IMG/VR virus record: IMGVR_UViG_3300017912_003848
Coordinates: 1 to 36,446 of that record
Direction: 5' to 3' (one strand)
Source: a virus
Taxonomy: Duplodnaviria; Caudoviricetes
DNA: 36,446 nucleotides
Positions 8,241 through 19,200 of this stretch are shown one piece after another; the stretch's first letter is position 1, and every line of letters starts with the position of its first letter. Below the pieces are notes generated by a model, which was not told the DNA's origin, did no database searches, and worked only from the letters and a program-made list of their open reading frames with translations. The translations under genes and the position numbers were made by a program.

Positions 8241-10199
8241 ATGGCATATTCTGATAAAACAATTTCACCATCTAATATAAAATACACTTCAAAAGACTTT
8301 AGTACAATTAAAGCTGATTTGATTCAATATACAAAAGCATATTTTCCTGATACATACAAGGATTTTAACGAAACATCTCCTGGTATGATGTTAATAGAAT
8401 TAACAAGTTATGTTGGTGATGTATTAAGTTATTACATCGATTACAACTATAAAGAAAGTTTACTCACCACTGCTACTGAACGTAAAAACGTTATTAGATT
8501 AGCAGAGTTCTTAGGATATAAAACAACGCCGACAACCGCTGCACATGCTAAAATTAAGGTCACTACTGAAATAGGAGCTGTTGATGGTAAACCTGATTAT
8601 TCTAGTTTAGGTGCATTGTCAACTCCAATAAATGAAGGATTGCAAATAGCATCTTCTCAAAACTCACAATTGATATTTGAAACATTAGGTGAAATTGACT
8701 TTTCTATTTCTGGTTCACCAGATGTACCATCGGCAACTTCGTTTGATAATGAAGGTATAATTACTGGATATCAACTAACAAGGTATGTAAATGCTGTATC
8801 TGGTCAGACTAAAATAAAAACTTTTACTATTACAAGTCCACAAAAGTTTTTAGAATTGGACTTGGGTGTTCAAAATGTGGTTGATATAATAGATGTAAAA
8901 GATAGTTCAGGTGCTGAATATTTTGAAGTTGATTATTTAGCACAAGACAGAATATTAAAAGAAACACATTATACAAATGATCCAAATAGAGTAAATGATG
9001 ATGGTGCTAATAGTGCTTACAATCAAGGATTGGTTGGTGGTGAAATTTCTGTAGATGTGTCTGTACCCTATGTTTTAGAATACATTAAGACAAATAAAAA
9101 ATTTGTACGTAAAGTAGATCCTGAAACTAATAATACAAAATTACAATTTGGTAATGGATTGTACAAATTCAACATATCTGGTTCATCAAGTGCTGGATTA
9201 TTTTCTACTATAGAACAACAAGGTATGAACGTTTCTGGTGTTCCATCAACTGTAATCAATAGTGCGATAAATAATCTTACTACAAATAATTCACTAAACC
9301 TTGGTGAAACTCCAGCAAATACCATTTTAACTGTAAGGTATAGAGAAGGTGGTGGTGCTACTTCTAATGTACAAACTGGTGATTTAACAAATGTGTTAAA
9401 TGGTCCAAGTGGAATTACCGTTACAAATATTAGTCCAGGAAATGGTGGTACAGATGGTGAAACCATAACAGAGATAAAAGAAAATGCTAAAGCATTCTTT
9501 GCTTCACAATTAAGATGTGTAACTCGTGAAGATTACACTGCTAGAATATTAAATCTACCAGCAAAATTTGGTAACATAGCAAAGTCATATGTTGTTAGAC
9601 TAAACGATATTAGTGGATTAAAAATTTATACATTATCTTATGATCAAAATAGACACCTTGTTCAAACACCACCATTAATATTGAACAATCTTAGAATGTA
9701 TTTAGAACAATTCAGAATGATAAACGATGCTTTGGATTTTGGATTTGAATTACCAGGTGGACAATTTTCTGGATATAAAATAAATTTTGGTGTTTATTTT
9801 GAAATAAACGCTGATAGAAGATTTAACAAATCTGATATTAAAATAGAAGTAATAAATTGTATTAGAGATTATTTTAGAACAGATAAAATGCAATTTGCTC
9901 AGGCAATAAATCTTGGTGAACTTAGGTATCAAATATTAGGAAAAGATGGTGTTATAGGAATTAAAGAATTAAAATTATTTCAATCTACTGCTGAGATTGA
10001 TGGTTTTAACTCTAACTCATCAACCAATAGAGAGTTGTTTACATTTAATAATGAGGGAAGTTCAAATGGAAATGTTGGATTTGGTTGGGCTTACTCATTT
10101 CAAAATGCTTTACAAAATGACATCATAAGACCATCAGCTACACCAGCAGTTTTTGAATTACGAAATCCAAATACAGATATCTACGGGAGGGTGATCTAA
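8241..10199 (+). CDS. baseplate wedge subunit, T4 gp6/P2 J-like
   Basis: KDFSTIKADLIQY...DFNETSPGMMLIEL..YVGDVLSYYID; LQFGNG; GGTDGET..IK.NA; QLRCVTREDY. Confidence 0.9.
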   Translation: MAYSDKTISPSNIKYTSKDFSTIKADLIQYTKAYFPDTYKDFNETSPGMMLIELTSYVGDVLSYYIDYNYKESLLTTATERKNVIRLAEFLGYKTTPTTAAHAKIKVTTEIGAVDGKPDYSSLGALSTPINEGLQIASSQNSQLIFETLGEIDFSISGSPDVPSATSFDNEGIITGYQLTRYVNAVSGQTKIKTFTITSPQKFLELDLGVQNVVDIIDVKDSSGAEYFEVDYLAQDRILKETHYTNDPNRVNDDGANSAYNQGLVGGEISVDVSVPYVLEYIKTNKKFVRKVDPETNNTKLQFGNGLYKFNISGSSSAGLFSTIEQQGMNVSGVPSTVINSAINNLTTNNSLNLGETPANTILTVRYREGGGATSNVQTGDLTNVLNGPSGITVTNISPGNGGTDGETITEIKENAKAFFASQLRCVTREDYTARILNLPAKFGNIAKSYVVRLNDISGLKIYTLSYDQNRHLVQTPPLILNNLRMYLEQFRMINDALDFGFELPGGQFSGYKINFGVYFEINADRRFNKSDIKIEVINCIRDYFRTDKMQFAQAINLGELRYQILGKDGVIGIKELKLFQSTAEIDGFNSNSSTNRELFTFNNEGSSNGNVGFGWAYSFQNALQNDIIRPSATPAVFELRNPNTDIYGRVI

Positions 10200-11833
10200 T
10201 GCATCGTTCATTTTTTGCTGTAAAAGATACAACAATAAACAGTGGTTCTGATCTTATTGATGGAACAACTTTTCAAGATAAAAATGTTGGTCAAGATGAA
10301 GTATTAGAATTAAAAAAAGTTTTTGACGATAAAACATTCAAACATCCAACTCGTATGTTGATACAATTTGATACTGATGAAATAGAAAGCTATATAAGTT
10401 CATCGGTGTTACCAAGTGATTATAAATTAGTATTGAGATTATTTGAAACCGCTGGAACAAGTGGACTTAGTAATGATTACACCATAGCTGCTTATCCCCT
10501 AAGTGAATCTTGGGATGAGGGTATTGGTATGGAAGCAGACAACCCAAAGACAACTATTGGGTGTAGTTGGTTGAACAGAGAAAATGACAGCCCTAATGTA
10601 TCAGAAGTTACATGGTCTAATGCTGGTGGAACTTATATAGCTGGTGATGAAGTCACACAATCATTTTCACTATCATCACCCGACATCGAAATGGACATCA
10701 CTGATATGTCTAAAAAATGGTTTGGTGGTGTAAATCAAAATCATGGAATCCTACTTAGATTTTCAGGCAGTTCTGAAAAAGGTGATATAATTTCAAGTTC
10801 GGTAGATTTAGTAGCATCATCTTCATTTCAACGTAGTGTAACAGGCACTGCAGCGGGTGATGGTTCATTGTTAGCACATGTTGTCACAGTTCAGAGTATA
10901 GGATCATTTGGTGGATATGGAAGTTCAAATAAATATCTTATCAATGGAACTGTAACGGGTAGTGTCAATTTATTATCAGGTAACACATACAGATTTTATC
11001 AACAAGATAGTAGTAATAGCAATCATCCATTTTTATTTTCTACTACTTATCAGCAAAGTGGAGTCGATGCTACAAATTACAGTACTGGTGTTACCAGTGT
11101 TGGTGTTCCTGGTAATACAGGTGCTTACACTCAAATAGTAGTTACCGATTCAACACCCACCTTATATTATTACTGCGGTGTTCATGCTGGTATGGGTGGT
11201 AGCGGAAAACTTGTAGATGGGGTAGAGCAAGGTAGAGTAACAACTGCGACATCTTCATTATCTATTTCATCATCTGTATCTTCATCATTGGTTGAAACCA
11301 ACGTTAATCATATTTTACAAAGTGGTGAAGCAGAAGACCTAAAATTCTTTTCAAGACAAACCAATACAATTTATTCACCAAAGTTAGAACTACGTTGGGA
11401 TGATCACTTACCAGCAACTGGTTCAAATACAGGTAGTCTAACTGCTTTAGATTTATCTGGTCAGACAGAAAACTATGTATATCAATTACACAAAAGAGAA
11501 TCGTACAAAGAAACTGAAACCGTTAAGTTTAGATTTGGTGCTCGTAAGAGATACATTGACAAGAGTTTTACAACATCAGTACAAACCGTAAGTGGTAGTT
11601 ATTTTGCTGAAGGTTCAGCATCTTATTCTGTAATAGATATGGCAACCAATGAAGATGTCATACCTTTCAGTGCCTACACCACGATGAGTTGTGATCCTAT
11701 ATCACCATATTTTACACAAGACTTGAATACATTTGAACCAAATAGAGCTTACAAAATATTATTAAAAGTAAAACATAATGATGGTCAGGTCATTGTTTAC
11801 GATGATGATTTTGAATTCATACTTAGGAGTTAG
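10199..11833 (+). CDS. putative virion protein, DNRLRE-like beta-sandwich with inserted cupredoxin-like module
   Basis: KDTTI...RMLIQFD...ESWDEG...NHGILL...FFSR...PKLELRW frame; insert TYRFYQQDSSNSNHPF...LYYYCGVHAGMG. Confidence 0.65.
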   Translation: MHRSFFAVKDTTINSGSDLIDGTTFQDKNVGQDEVLELKKVFDDKTFKHPTRMLIQFDTDEIESYISSSVLPSDYKLVLRLFETAGTSGLSNDYTIAAYPLSESWDEGIGMEADNPKTTIGCSWLNRENDSPNVSEVTWSNAGGTYIAGDEVTQSFSLSSPDIEMDITDMSKKWFGGVNQNHGILLRFSGSSEKGDIISSSVDLVASSSFQRSVTGTAAGDGSLLAHVVTVQSIGSFGGYGSSNKYLINGTVTGSVNLLSGNTYRFYQQDSSNSNHPFLFSTTYQQSGVDATNYSTGVTSVGVPGNTGAYTQIVVTDSTPTLYYYCGVHAGMGGSGKLVDGVEQGRVTTATSSLSISSSVSSSLVETNVNHILQSGEAEDLKFFSRQTNTIYSPKLELRWDDHLPATGSNTGSLTALDLSGQTENYVYQLHKRESYKETETVKFRFGARKRYIDKSFTTSVQTVSGSYFAEGSASYSVIDMATNEDVIPFSAYTTMSCDPISPYFTQDLNTFEPNRAYKILLKVKHNDGQVIVYDDDFEFILRS

Positions 11834-11835
11834 AT

Positions 11836-12525
11836 ATGGCACATATGTCAGGATCTATGGGACACTACAGTGGTTATGGAACTATACAAATCCATTTACA
11901 AAATACAGGACCACTAATTCAAGGAACTGAATATACTTATAAGGTTCAAGGTCAACCACAAGAAGATAGAGCAATTGCTGATCGTATTGAAGGTCGAATG
12001 GTTTTAGTTGATAGTAATTATACCATAGGTGAAAACCCACCACCATTCAGTGCTGGTAGACCATTGACTGTTTATGTTCCTAATCAAAGTTTTCCATTAG
12101 TAACATCATTGATAACTAAGATAGAAGCATTGGAAGAACCTAAAAGTGATCCGAATGAAATCACAATGAAGTTATACGATGGCGCTAATCTAAGAACATT
12201 TCAACTAACAGAAGAGATGTCGATAGAAGAGTTTATGTCTACTGTAGTAAAAGATGTTCCAATAGAAGCGATAGAAGAATTAGATTCTAACAATCAAACT
12301 GTTAGTTCTTATCAAGTTACTAAACCTGAACCACTACAGAAAAAATCTCAAAGTAAAAAGAAGAAAAAGAAAAGTAAATTTCAATTATTTAAAACTAAAA
12401 GTAAGAGAGTATTATCAAAAAATACAACCACACGACAACAAACATCAGTACAAACAAGAAGTCAAGACGGTGGTAGATCAGCAACAACTCAAAGACCAGG
12501 AGGTAATGGTGGCAGAACTTACTAA
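11836..12525 (+). CDS. hypothetical protein with Lys-rich disordered C-terminus
   Basis: 229 aa, AGGAG SD. Confidence 0.75.
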   Translation: MAHMSGSMGHYSGYGTIQIHLQNTGPLIQGTEYTYKVQGQPQEDRAIADRIEGRMVLVDSNYTIGENPPPFSAGRPLTVYVPNQSFPLVTSLITKIEALEEPKSDPNEITMKLYDGANLRTFQLTEEMSIEEFMSTVVKDVPIEAIEELDSNNQTVSSYQVTKPEPLQKKSQSKKKKKKSKFQLFKTKSKRVLSKNTTTRQQTSVQTRSQDGGRSATTQRPGGNGGRTY

Positions 12526-13711
12526 AATCAAACCTGGTGTAAAGTATAATATAATGGTTGACACACCAAGTGGTGGTCCTAATTACTATCAAGTCAGTTA
12601 CATTGGTGACACAACACCACCAGTGCCTATGTATGAAGAACCACCGATAGAACCAATACCAGCTAGTTTCCCACCAGCTTATCAAAATTCAAACAACGAA
12701 GGTGTTGAGGGATTATTAACTGGTAGAAAATGTGGTAATTGTGTTTTCTTTGAAGCTGAAACAGGTAACTGTTCTAGGTGGAATGCTATAGCTCGTAATT
12801 ACTATTGGTGTGCTGCTTGGGAAACAATGGAACCTGTTATTGCTCAACCAAATCAATTCACACCACTTATAGATCAAGCAACTAGTTCTGATGAACCTTT
12901 GTATAATTTCTTTTTAGAAACCATAAAAGATCCAATATCTCAAGAACCAAACATGTCAAATTTTTTAACACCATTTGATTCATTGTTTTCTACATACAAT
13001 GGTTACTTATATGGTGATGTACTGAGAAGAATGGTAGAGTCAAATAATGCTTTTGATTTTGACAGTGCACCACTAACATTTTTCTTTACCGACCAAAATG
13101 ATTTTTTATTAGCAATAGATTTTATCAATGAAGGTGGGTTAAGTGAATTTGATATTCCAACTGAAGAATATGATTCAGTTCAACAACATTTGTGTATTTA
13201 CACATTAAGCAAAAAAACAACTTCTAGTTTACCAAGTAATTTTCCTCAAATTACAACGATAGTTTTACATGGTAGTTATTTTGGTGAACCAATAAACATT
13301 TTATCACAAGTTGATTTTGTAAACGGTAAAATAGCATATAATCCAAAACACAATGGTAATACAAAACATGTATTAGTTGATAGTAGATATACATCAATTG
13401 AGACAAGGGGTGTGGTTCATATTGATATTTTAAAGGATAGTGTAAGGGAAAGGTTACTAAAATTTTTAGCTGATAACTCTAAACCATATAAGTTAGATGG
13501 ATTATCAAGTTTTAAATTTTTACAATGGGTTGCTGACAGATCATATAATTCAGAGGCACTACAGGCTTTGTATCAATATTTACAAACTATAAATAAAATA
13601 TCATCTGATGATGAACAATTAATTCAGTTAATTTCTAATAGTTTAGGTGAAGAACTAGTTGATAATCCTATAACAGTACAATTACCTATGTCAGGTAAGG
13701 GAGGGGATTGA
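12506..13711 (+). CDS. protein with HiPIP-like 4-Cys motif and possible degenerate nucleotidyltransferase fold
   Basis: CGNCVFF...C...WCAAW at 12731-12820; GGAGGT SD supports a start at 12506 or 12509. Confidence 0.65.
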   Translation: MVAELTKIKPGVKYNIMVDTPSGGPNYYQVSYIGDTTPPVPMYEEPPIEPIPASFPPAYQNSNNEGVEGLLTGRKCGNCVFFEAETGNCSRWNAIARNYYWCAAWETMEPVIAQPNQFTPLIDQATSSDEPLYNFFLETIKDPISQEPNMSNFLTPFDSLFSTYNGYLYGDVLRRMVESNNAFDFDSAPLTFFFTDQNDFLLAIDFINEGGLSEFDIPTEEYDSVQQHLCIYTLSKKTTSSLPSNFPQITTIVLHGSYFGEPINILSQVDFVNGKIAYNPKHNGNTKHVLVDSRYTSIETRGVVHIDILKDSVRERLLKFLADNSKPYKLDGLSSFKFLQWVADRSYNSEALQALYQYLQTINKISSDDEQLIQLISNSLGEELVDNPITVQLPMSGKGGD

Positions 13712-16200
13712 TGGCTATTCGTAATCAATGGTTGGATTATTATGAATCATATGATGATGATGGTAATGGATTAGGTGATGCAATTGGTAAAGAATACTAT
13801 TTTGATATTACAATAAGTCAATTTAATCTTGATGTAGCTAGCTCTACTGGTATTGATCCTCAAGATATAGATGATGGGGTAGAAAATCCACCATTTAATC
13901 AAGCTATGTATGATGCTTTTAATATAACAATTGATCAGTTAGAGGGTGAGATTAATTTACCATATCAATATGAAAGAACTGAAGAGTATCAAAGAATAAG
14001 AGTGCCACACTCTTTACTAGGTGGATTTACACAATTTAGAATAAATTATCAATACATATATTATCCAACTGATGCTTACCTCGATGACATAACTACTGAA
14101 GGGTTTGTTCATGATGGTTTTATACAAACAAGTAGAACTATAGTTCCAAGAGGAACTGTACCAACTCCACCACTTCCACCACCTGTTTTTGAAATAGATG
14201 AAGATCAAATCAAAGAAGCATTGGCTGATAAGATATATGAAAAGTTTTTTAATTCTGATATTATAGTAGGTGGAGTATCTGATATAAAATCTATTCAAAC
14301 CACCACTTCTACTGATGGTGTAAATTATGGAACAGGTCGATCATCAGATGATGATCAATTAATATTTTTCAAAAAAGATAGAAATACACCAGAAAACCTT
14401 AAAGATTTTAGTGGTGATGGTTCAAATGGTATACAGGCAATATCAAATGCTATAAGTGCTAGCTTAGCTGGTACTGATGCACGAGGTCGTGTAGATTTAT
14501 CAGATAAACTTGATGATGAACTTTCATTAAATAGAGTCGATGTTGCAACTAGAGAATCTTCAATTGATATTGAAGGTTTTGAATTGGGATCAGTATTAGA
14601 TCCTAGTGGAAACCCAACAAGTACACCAATATATTTTAGAGGTGAGATACAATATAAATTAATATACACTATAAACGCTGTGGATGGAAATGAAAATCAA
14701 ATCAATCAAATTATAGAAGTTCCATTTGCAAAACAATATCAGTTTTTTCAATTTAACGAAGGTGATGCAAAACAACAAATATCAAATCCTAACGGTGTTG
14801 GAACTGTTGACAGACCAGATGAATGGGCTAATCAATTAAATATATCACAATTAACACTTGCTAAACCAGGTACTAAAATATCAAGTGACAAGGCTTTAAC
14901 TGTTTTAGATACAAATATTTTTGAATTGTTACCTGGTGGTAATCAAAGACAAAATGAAATAAATAATTTCTTTCAAAGATTTTTTCAACTTATAGGACCT
15001 AAACCAACTTTTACTGATGAAGATGGGAATGGTGTATTAGAAACAATACAAGATTTTGATAATCAATCTAATGTAAGGATAAGTAGTGAAGATGGTAGAG
15101 ATGATCCAACTGCCTTTATAACTAGAACAAATCAAGAGGCAGATCAATTTAACACCAATAAAACTTTACAAAGTATGAGAGATACTTTAAATGAATATCT
15201 TGGAGATGTTGATGCTTTGGTGGAGAGTGTGAACGAACAACGTCCTGAATATGAAAATAAATCAGAAGGATTTTTAAAGATAAGAAGATTAAATCAATCC
15301 ATATTAATAAAAAGTCCAATCGGAGAATCTTCTTTTGATAATTGGGAACAAGATGGTTTTACTATAACAATGTGGGTTAGATTTTTAAACACTATAGGTG
15401 GTGGTAGTTTATTTACTTATGGTAATCCCATGACGAGAACCAAGTCTAGTTTTAGACTAGATACACTAACAGTTAAAGCGGGTGATACAATTAACTATGG
15501 TGGAGCAGAATACACATATAAAAAATCTCGTAGAGTTGTTAGACTTGTGGTTTGGGATGATAAAAGAGAAGATGATCATTTTATGGATTTAGTTGAAGAA
15601 GATAATTTTGAATTTTTAAGTGTTCCATATGAAAGACGAATGGGTGTGATGTATGATAGCTCAGCGCCGTATGATTTAGAACCAGATATTTTTGAAATAA
15701 ACCAAGGAGATTTAGATCAAAGAGGATTTCCAAAACAACCAACTGTCATAACTCAAATGCCAGCAAATCTAAATGTAAACTCTAATTCTGGTAGAACTCC
15801 TAGAGATTATAATTTCTTACAATACACAGATATACCAACTGATGATTTAGAAGACTGGTTTTTCATATGTGCTACATACAATCCAAATGTAAATGAGATA
15901 GGAACATTTGGAAATTTTGGTCAAAGTGGATGGCCGATCAATATATATGGTAAAAATAATCTAAAATTAACTGGTGGTGGTCAAACAACTCCTGTTGAAT
16001 ATAGATCAGGTGCCAGTCTAAATGGTTATCAATTTACAAACACCAATGCAAGTCTTAGAGATGAATTAATTTGGTTAAATCACAAAACACCATTGAATGG
16101 TGACCTAGAAATAACCGATCAAAGCTTCTTTGGAAACCGATGTAAAGTAGAGGTGATAAGTCGTAGTGATTTATTAAGAGCTCGTGGTTATAGGGTATAG
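13708..16200 (+). CDS. putative virion protein with C-terminal LamG/ConA-like domain
   Basis: GFTITMWVRF...LFTYG...DWFFICATY; acidic, 830 aa. Confidence 0.65.
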   Translation: MMAIRNQWLDYYESYDDDGNGLGDAIGKEYYFDITISQFNLDVASSTGIDPQDIDDGVENPPFNQAMYDAFNITIDQLEGEINLPYQYERTEEYQRIRVPHSLLGGFTQFRINYQYIYYPTDAYLDDITTEGFVHDGFIQTSRTIVPRGTVPTPPLPPPVFEIDEDQIKEALADKIYEKFFNSDIIVGGVSDIKSIQTTTSTDGVNYGTGRSSDDDQLIFFKKDRNTPENLKDFSGDGSNGIQAISNAISASLAGTDARGRVDLSDKLDDELSLNRVDVATRESSIDIEGFELGSVLDPSGNPTSTPIYFRGEIQYKLIYTINAVDGNENQINQIIEVPFAKQYQFFQFNEGDAKQQISNPNGVGTVDRPDEWANQLNISQLTLAKPGTKISSDKALTVLDTNIFELLPGGNQRQNEINNFFQRFFQLIGPKPTFTDEDGNGVLETIQDFDNQSNVRISSEDGRDDPTAFITRTNQEADQFNTNKTLQSMRDTLNEYLGDVDALVESVNEQRPEYENKSEGFLKIRRLNQSILIKSPIGESSFDNWEQDGFTITMWVRFLNTIGGGSLFTYGNPMTRTKSSFRLDTLTVKAGDTINYGGAEYTYKKSRRVVRLVVWDDKREDDHFMDLVEEDNFEFLSVPYERRMGVMYDSSAPYDLEPDIFEINQGDLDQRGFPKQPTVITQMPANLNVNSNSGRTPRDYNFLQYTDIPTDDLEDWFFICATYNPNVNEIGTFGNFGQSGWPINIYGKNNLKLTGGGQTTPVEYRSGASLNGYQFTNTNASLRDELIWLNHKTPLNGDLEITDQSFFGNRCKVEVISRSDLLRARGYRV

Positions 16201-16202
16201 AT

Positions 16203-19200
16203 ATGTCAAATATCATAATAGAAGGCAAAAATCTAAATGATATAAACCAAAGCAACTTTCAAACCGTTGGTGTTCGTAGTGGTTTTCATTTTATAACAAA
16301 TCCAAATGCTACATTGAGCGTTGATGAAAGTGTTTTCAAATATGATACTCTTGAAATACACGAAGCTAGATTAGGTGATGATTACGAAAATATTTCTTTT
16401 CCAAAACAATTATTAAAATCTGTTACTATTGAACCATGGCAAGGTAGATTACATTATGATATACCGTTTACAGGTAGCTTAGATGGTTTATCAACCGATG
16501 CTGTTCCACAGTTTAAACCAATATCACTTGAAAATTTAAATTTAACGCCATATATGTCAGATGGTAGTATACCATACTTATATCCTTACTTATTTACTGG
16601 TAATTTATTTAACAACAATACAAGATATAAAATCAATAGTTTCTATGATCGAATAAACAATAATAATGCTCTTGGATTAGAAGAAAAAGAATCAAATGTT
16701 TTTATTGTAAAGGATGATAGATTTTCATTAGGAACTTACACCGAAGAAAACAAACAGTATTGGGAATTACAAACAAGTGATCCCATATCACGTAATTCAC
16801 AATTTAGTTCACAAAGAATGCAAACAGCGCAATCTACAAAATTAGAAAACACTGGTTTAATTCGTAGTGAAGAAGAACAGTTTTCAGTTGATGCCTTTAC
16901 CTTTACTGAACGAGATGGTGTTATAACTCCATTGTTTTTTTATTATGATAAAAAATTACATCCCACTGAGTATAACAATGCCACAACTGGTAAAGTCAAT
17001 ATGAGGATAGAACTTCGTGAGTCTGGTAGAAATGGTGAAGGTGAGATAGATTTATATCAAGAAAGAAGACCAGTTAGACCATTTCTCATGGGATTTGAAA
17101 AAGATGAACAAGTTGGTGCTGGAATCAATCCACTTAATGATGAACAGTTGATTGGAACTGGTGATGTGTATGGTGACGGGTTATATTATTTTGATACAAG
17201 AATTCAACTGTCTGCTGTTGCTGAAGAAAGTTCTTATCTTTTAGGAATATTTAAAATACCTGAAGATAACTTAGTATCAACTGGTGGAGCTGAAGGAAAA
17301 TATACTTTCATGATGCCAAACGAAGATGTTCAGTATTTAGCTAAGTTCAGACCTAACCCATATATAATTATGAGACAAAGATTTACTGATCAAGACGGTA
17401 ATGAAATCGTAGGGGGTGCTGAATCTAAGGGTGAGATTAGACTATGGAAATCTGAAGTTCATGAAAATGATGGTGATTACGAAATGAGACCTCTTAATAA
17501 TGAAAGCAAGCCACCATTTAAAGTCAATGGTGCTAGGTTTTTTGAAAACACTTTTCGTCCATTTAACTTAGGTGGTAATCTTGTTACTTTAGAGCAAAGG
17601 GAAGTAACTGATAATTATAAATTCAAAGGTTTTACATATCTATCGGGCAGTGCCGATCCTCAAGAAGTGCCATTTGAAATATTAGAAGATGTTGAAAATG
17701 TAGATGAAAATTATTATGGTCCTGATGGTAGTGATGAAACCAATATAAGAACAATAAAATTAGTTCAAGATTTTTTCTATCCAGCAGGTCGATTAAACAT
17801 CTATGCTAACTATGGATTGATAACTTTTACTATTCATAACTTCAACAACACTGTTGATTTTGAAAATAATTTTGGTGATGCTCTAAGATATGGACCTTTT
17901 AAATTTGCTACTGCTCTAGGTGGTCAGTTAGGTGGAGCACCTAATCCTGATAATTATAGATTTGATGACTTGACTAGTTTTCCAGCATTTAGTCCCAATG
18001 CACCAACGGTAAGACTTTTGATATCAGGTCCTGAAATGGGATATGTCAATACTGTAACCACACCACCAATTGAAACAGAACCTACTGGAGCGCCAGATGG
18101 ATGGTCACCAGTAAATCCACTTGTAGGTACTCTAAGTCCACAAGGACAATGGGTATGGAATGGTGGTGGTTGGGAACAAAATCCTGATTATGATCCAAGT
18201 AGTCAATCAACAGATTATTTACCAAGTGGTGATAATGGTCATCTAGTACCAATAGAAGAAACTGGTTTTGATTTCGGTAAATTTATTTGGTTGAAACAAG
18301 GAAATCCAAATTTTCCTGATGGAGAACCAATTGAAATTTACAAAGACATATCTGATGATATACCAAACACATTACAAAGTGCCATAGATATAGCTGGTGA
18401 ATTTCCACCAACTTATAATTCTAATGGGTTTAACGATTCGGTAACCGGAACACAATTTAGTGCTGGATATTCTGTCGGTGACACAGCAGGACCTGGTGGT
18501 ATATTTATAGTTACCAGTGTTGAAGAAGATCAAGGTGGTTCAGATCCTTATGAAGGTTATTATGTGTGGAATGTTGAATGGGGTCCTAATTTCACACCAG
18601 CAAATACACCAGATTTAGGTAGTCTTTATGATTTAAGTAATAATGAAAATGATTTTCAAGGTATAAATCTAAGAGGTGATTTAGATGACAATGAACTTCT
18701 CGTTGGTAATAATATTATAAATCAAATTATATCAACAGAGACAACATCGTCAATAAGTTATCGACCTACATATCGAGGTACTTATGTTAAGGCTTTTAAT
18801 GATGGTTTTATAGAAACCTTTGTTGAAAAATCAGAAATAAATAGTATGATTCCGATAAGACCAGCAAATCTCAGTGGTGCTATAGATGCTGATATGTATG
18901 GTTTTGGACACCAAGTTCAATATAACATAACACCAACTATGGCATCTATGCCTCCGGAGATAGCAGCTTACATAGGTAGGGATAATGGAACAAAAACCTT
19001 ATCAACAAATATAGATGCTGATCTTACATTAGAAAATCTAGGTGTTGAGATAGGTGAATGGAATTCAAACGGTGGAGGAACTTTTACCTACACTGTACCT
19101 GATTCTCGTGACGCTGTAACTGAAAACACAGGAGCAAGAAAATGGTGGAAGTATATTGAGTTTAGAGTCGTAGTAAGTGAAACTGCCGAAGGTGAGCAAT

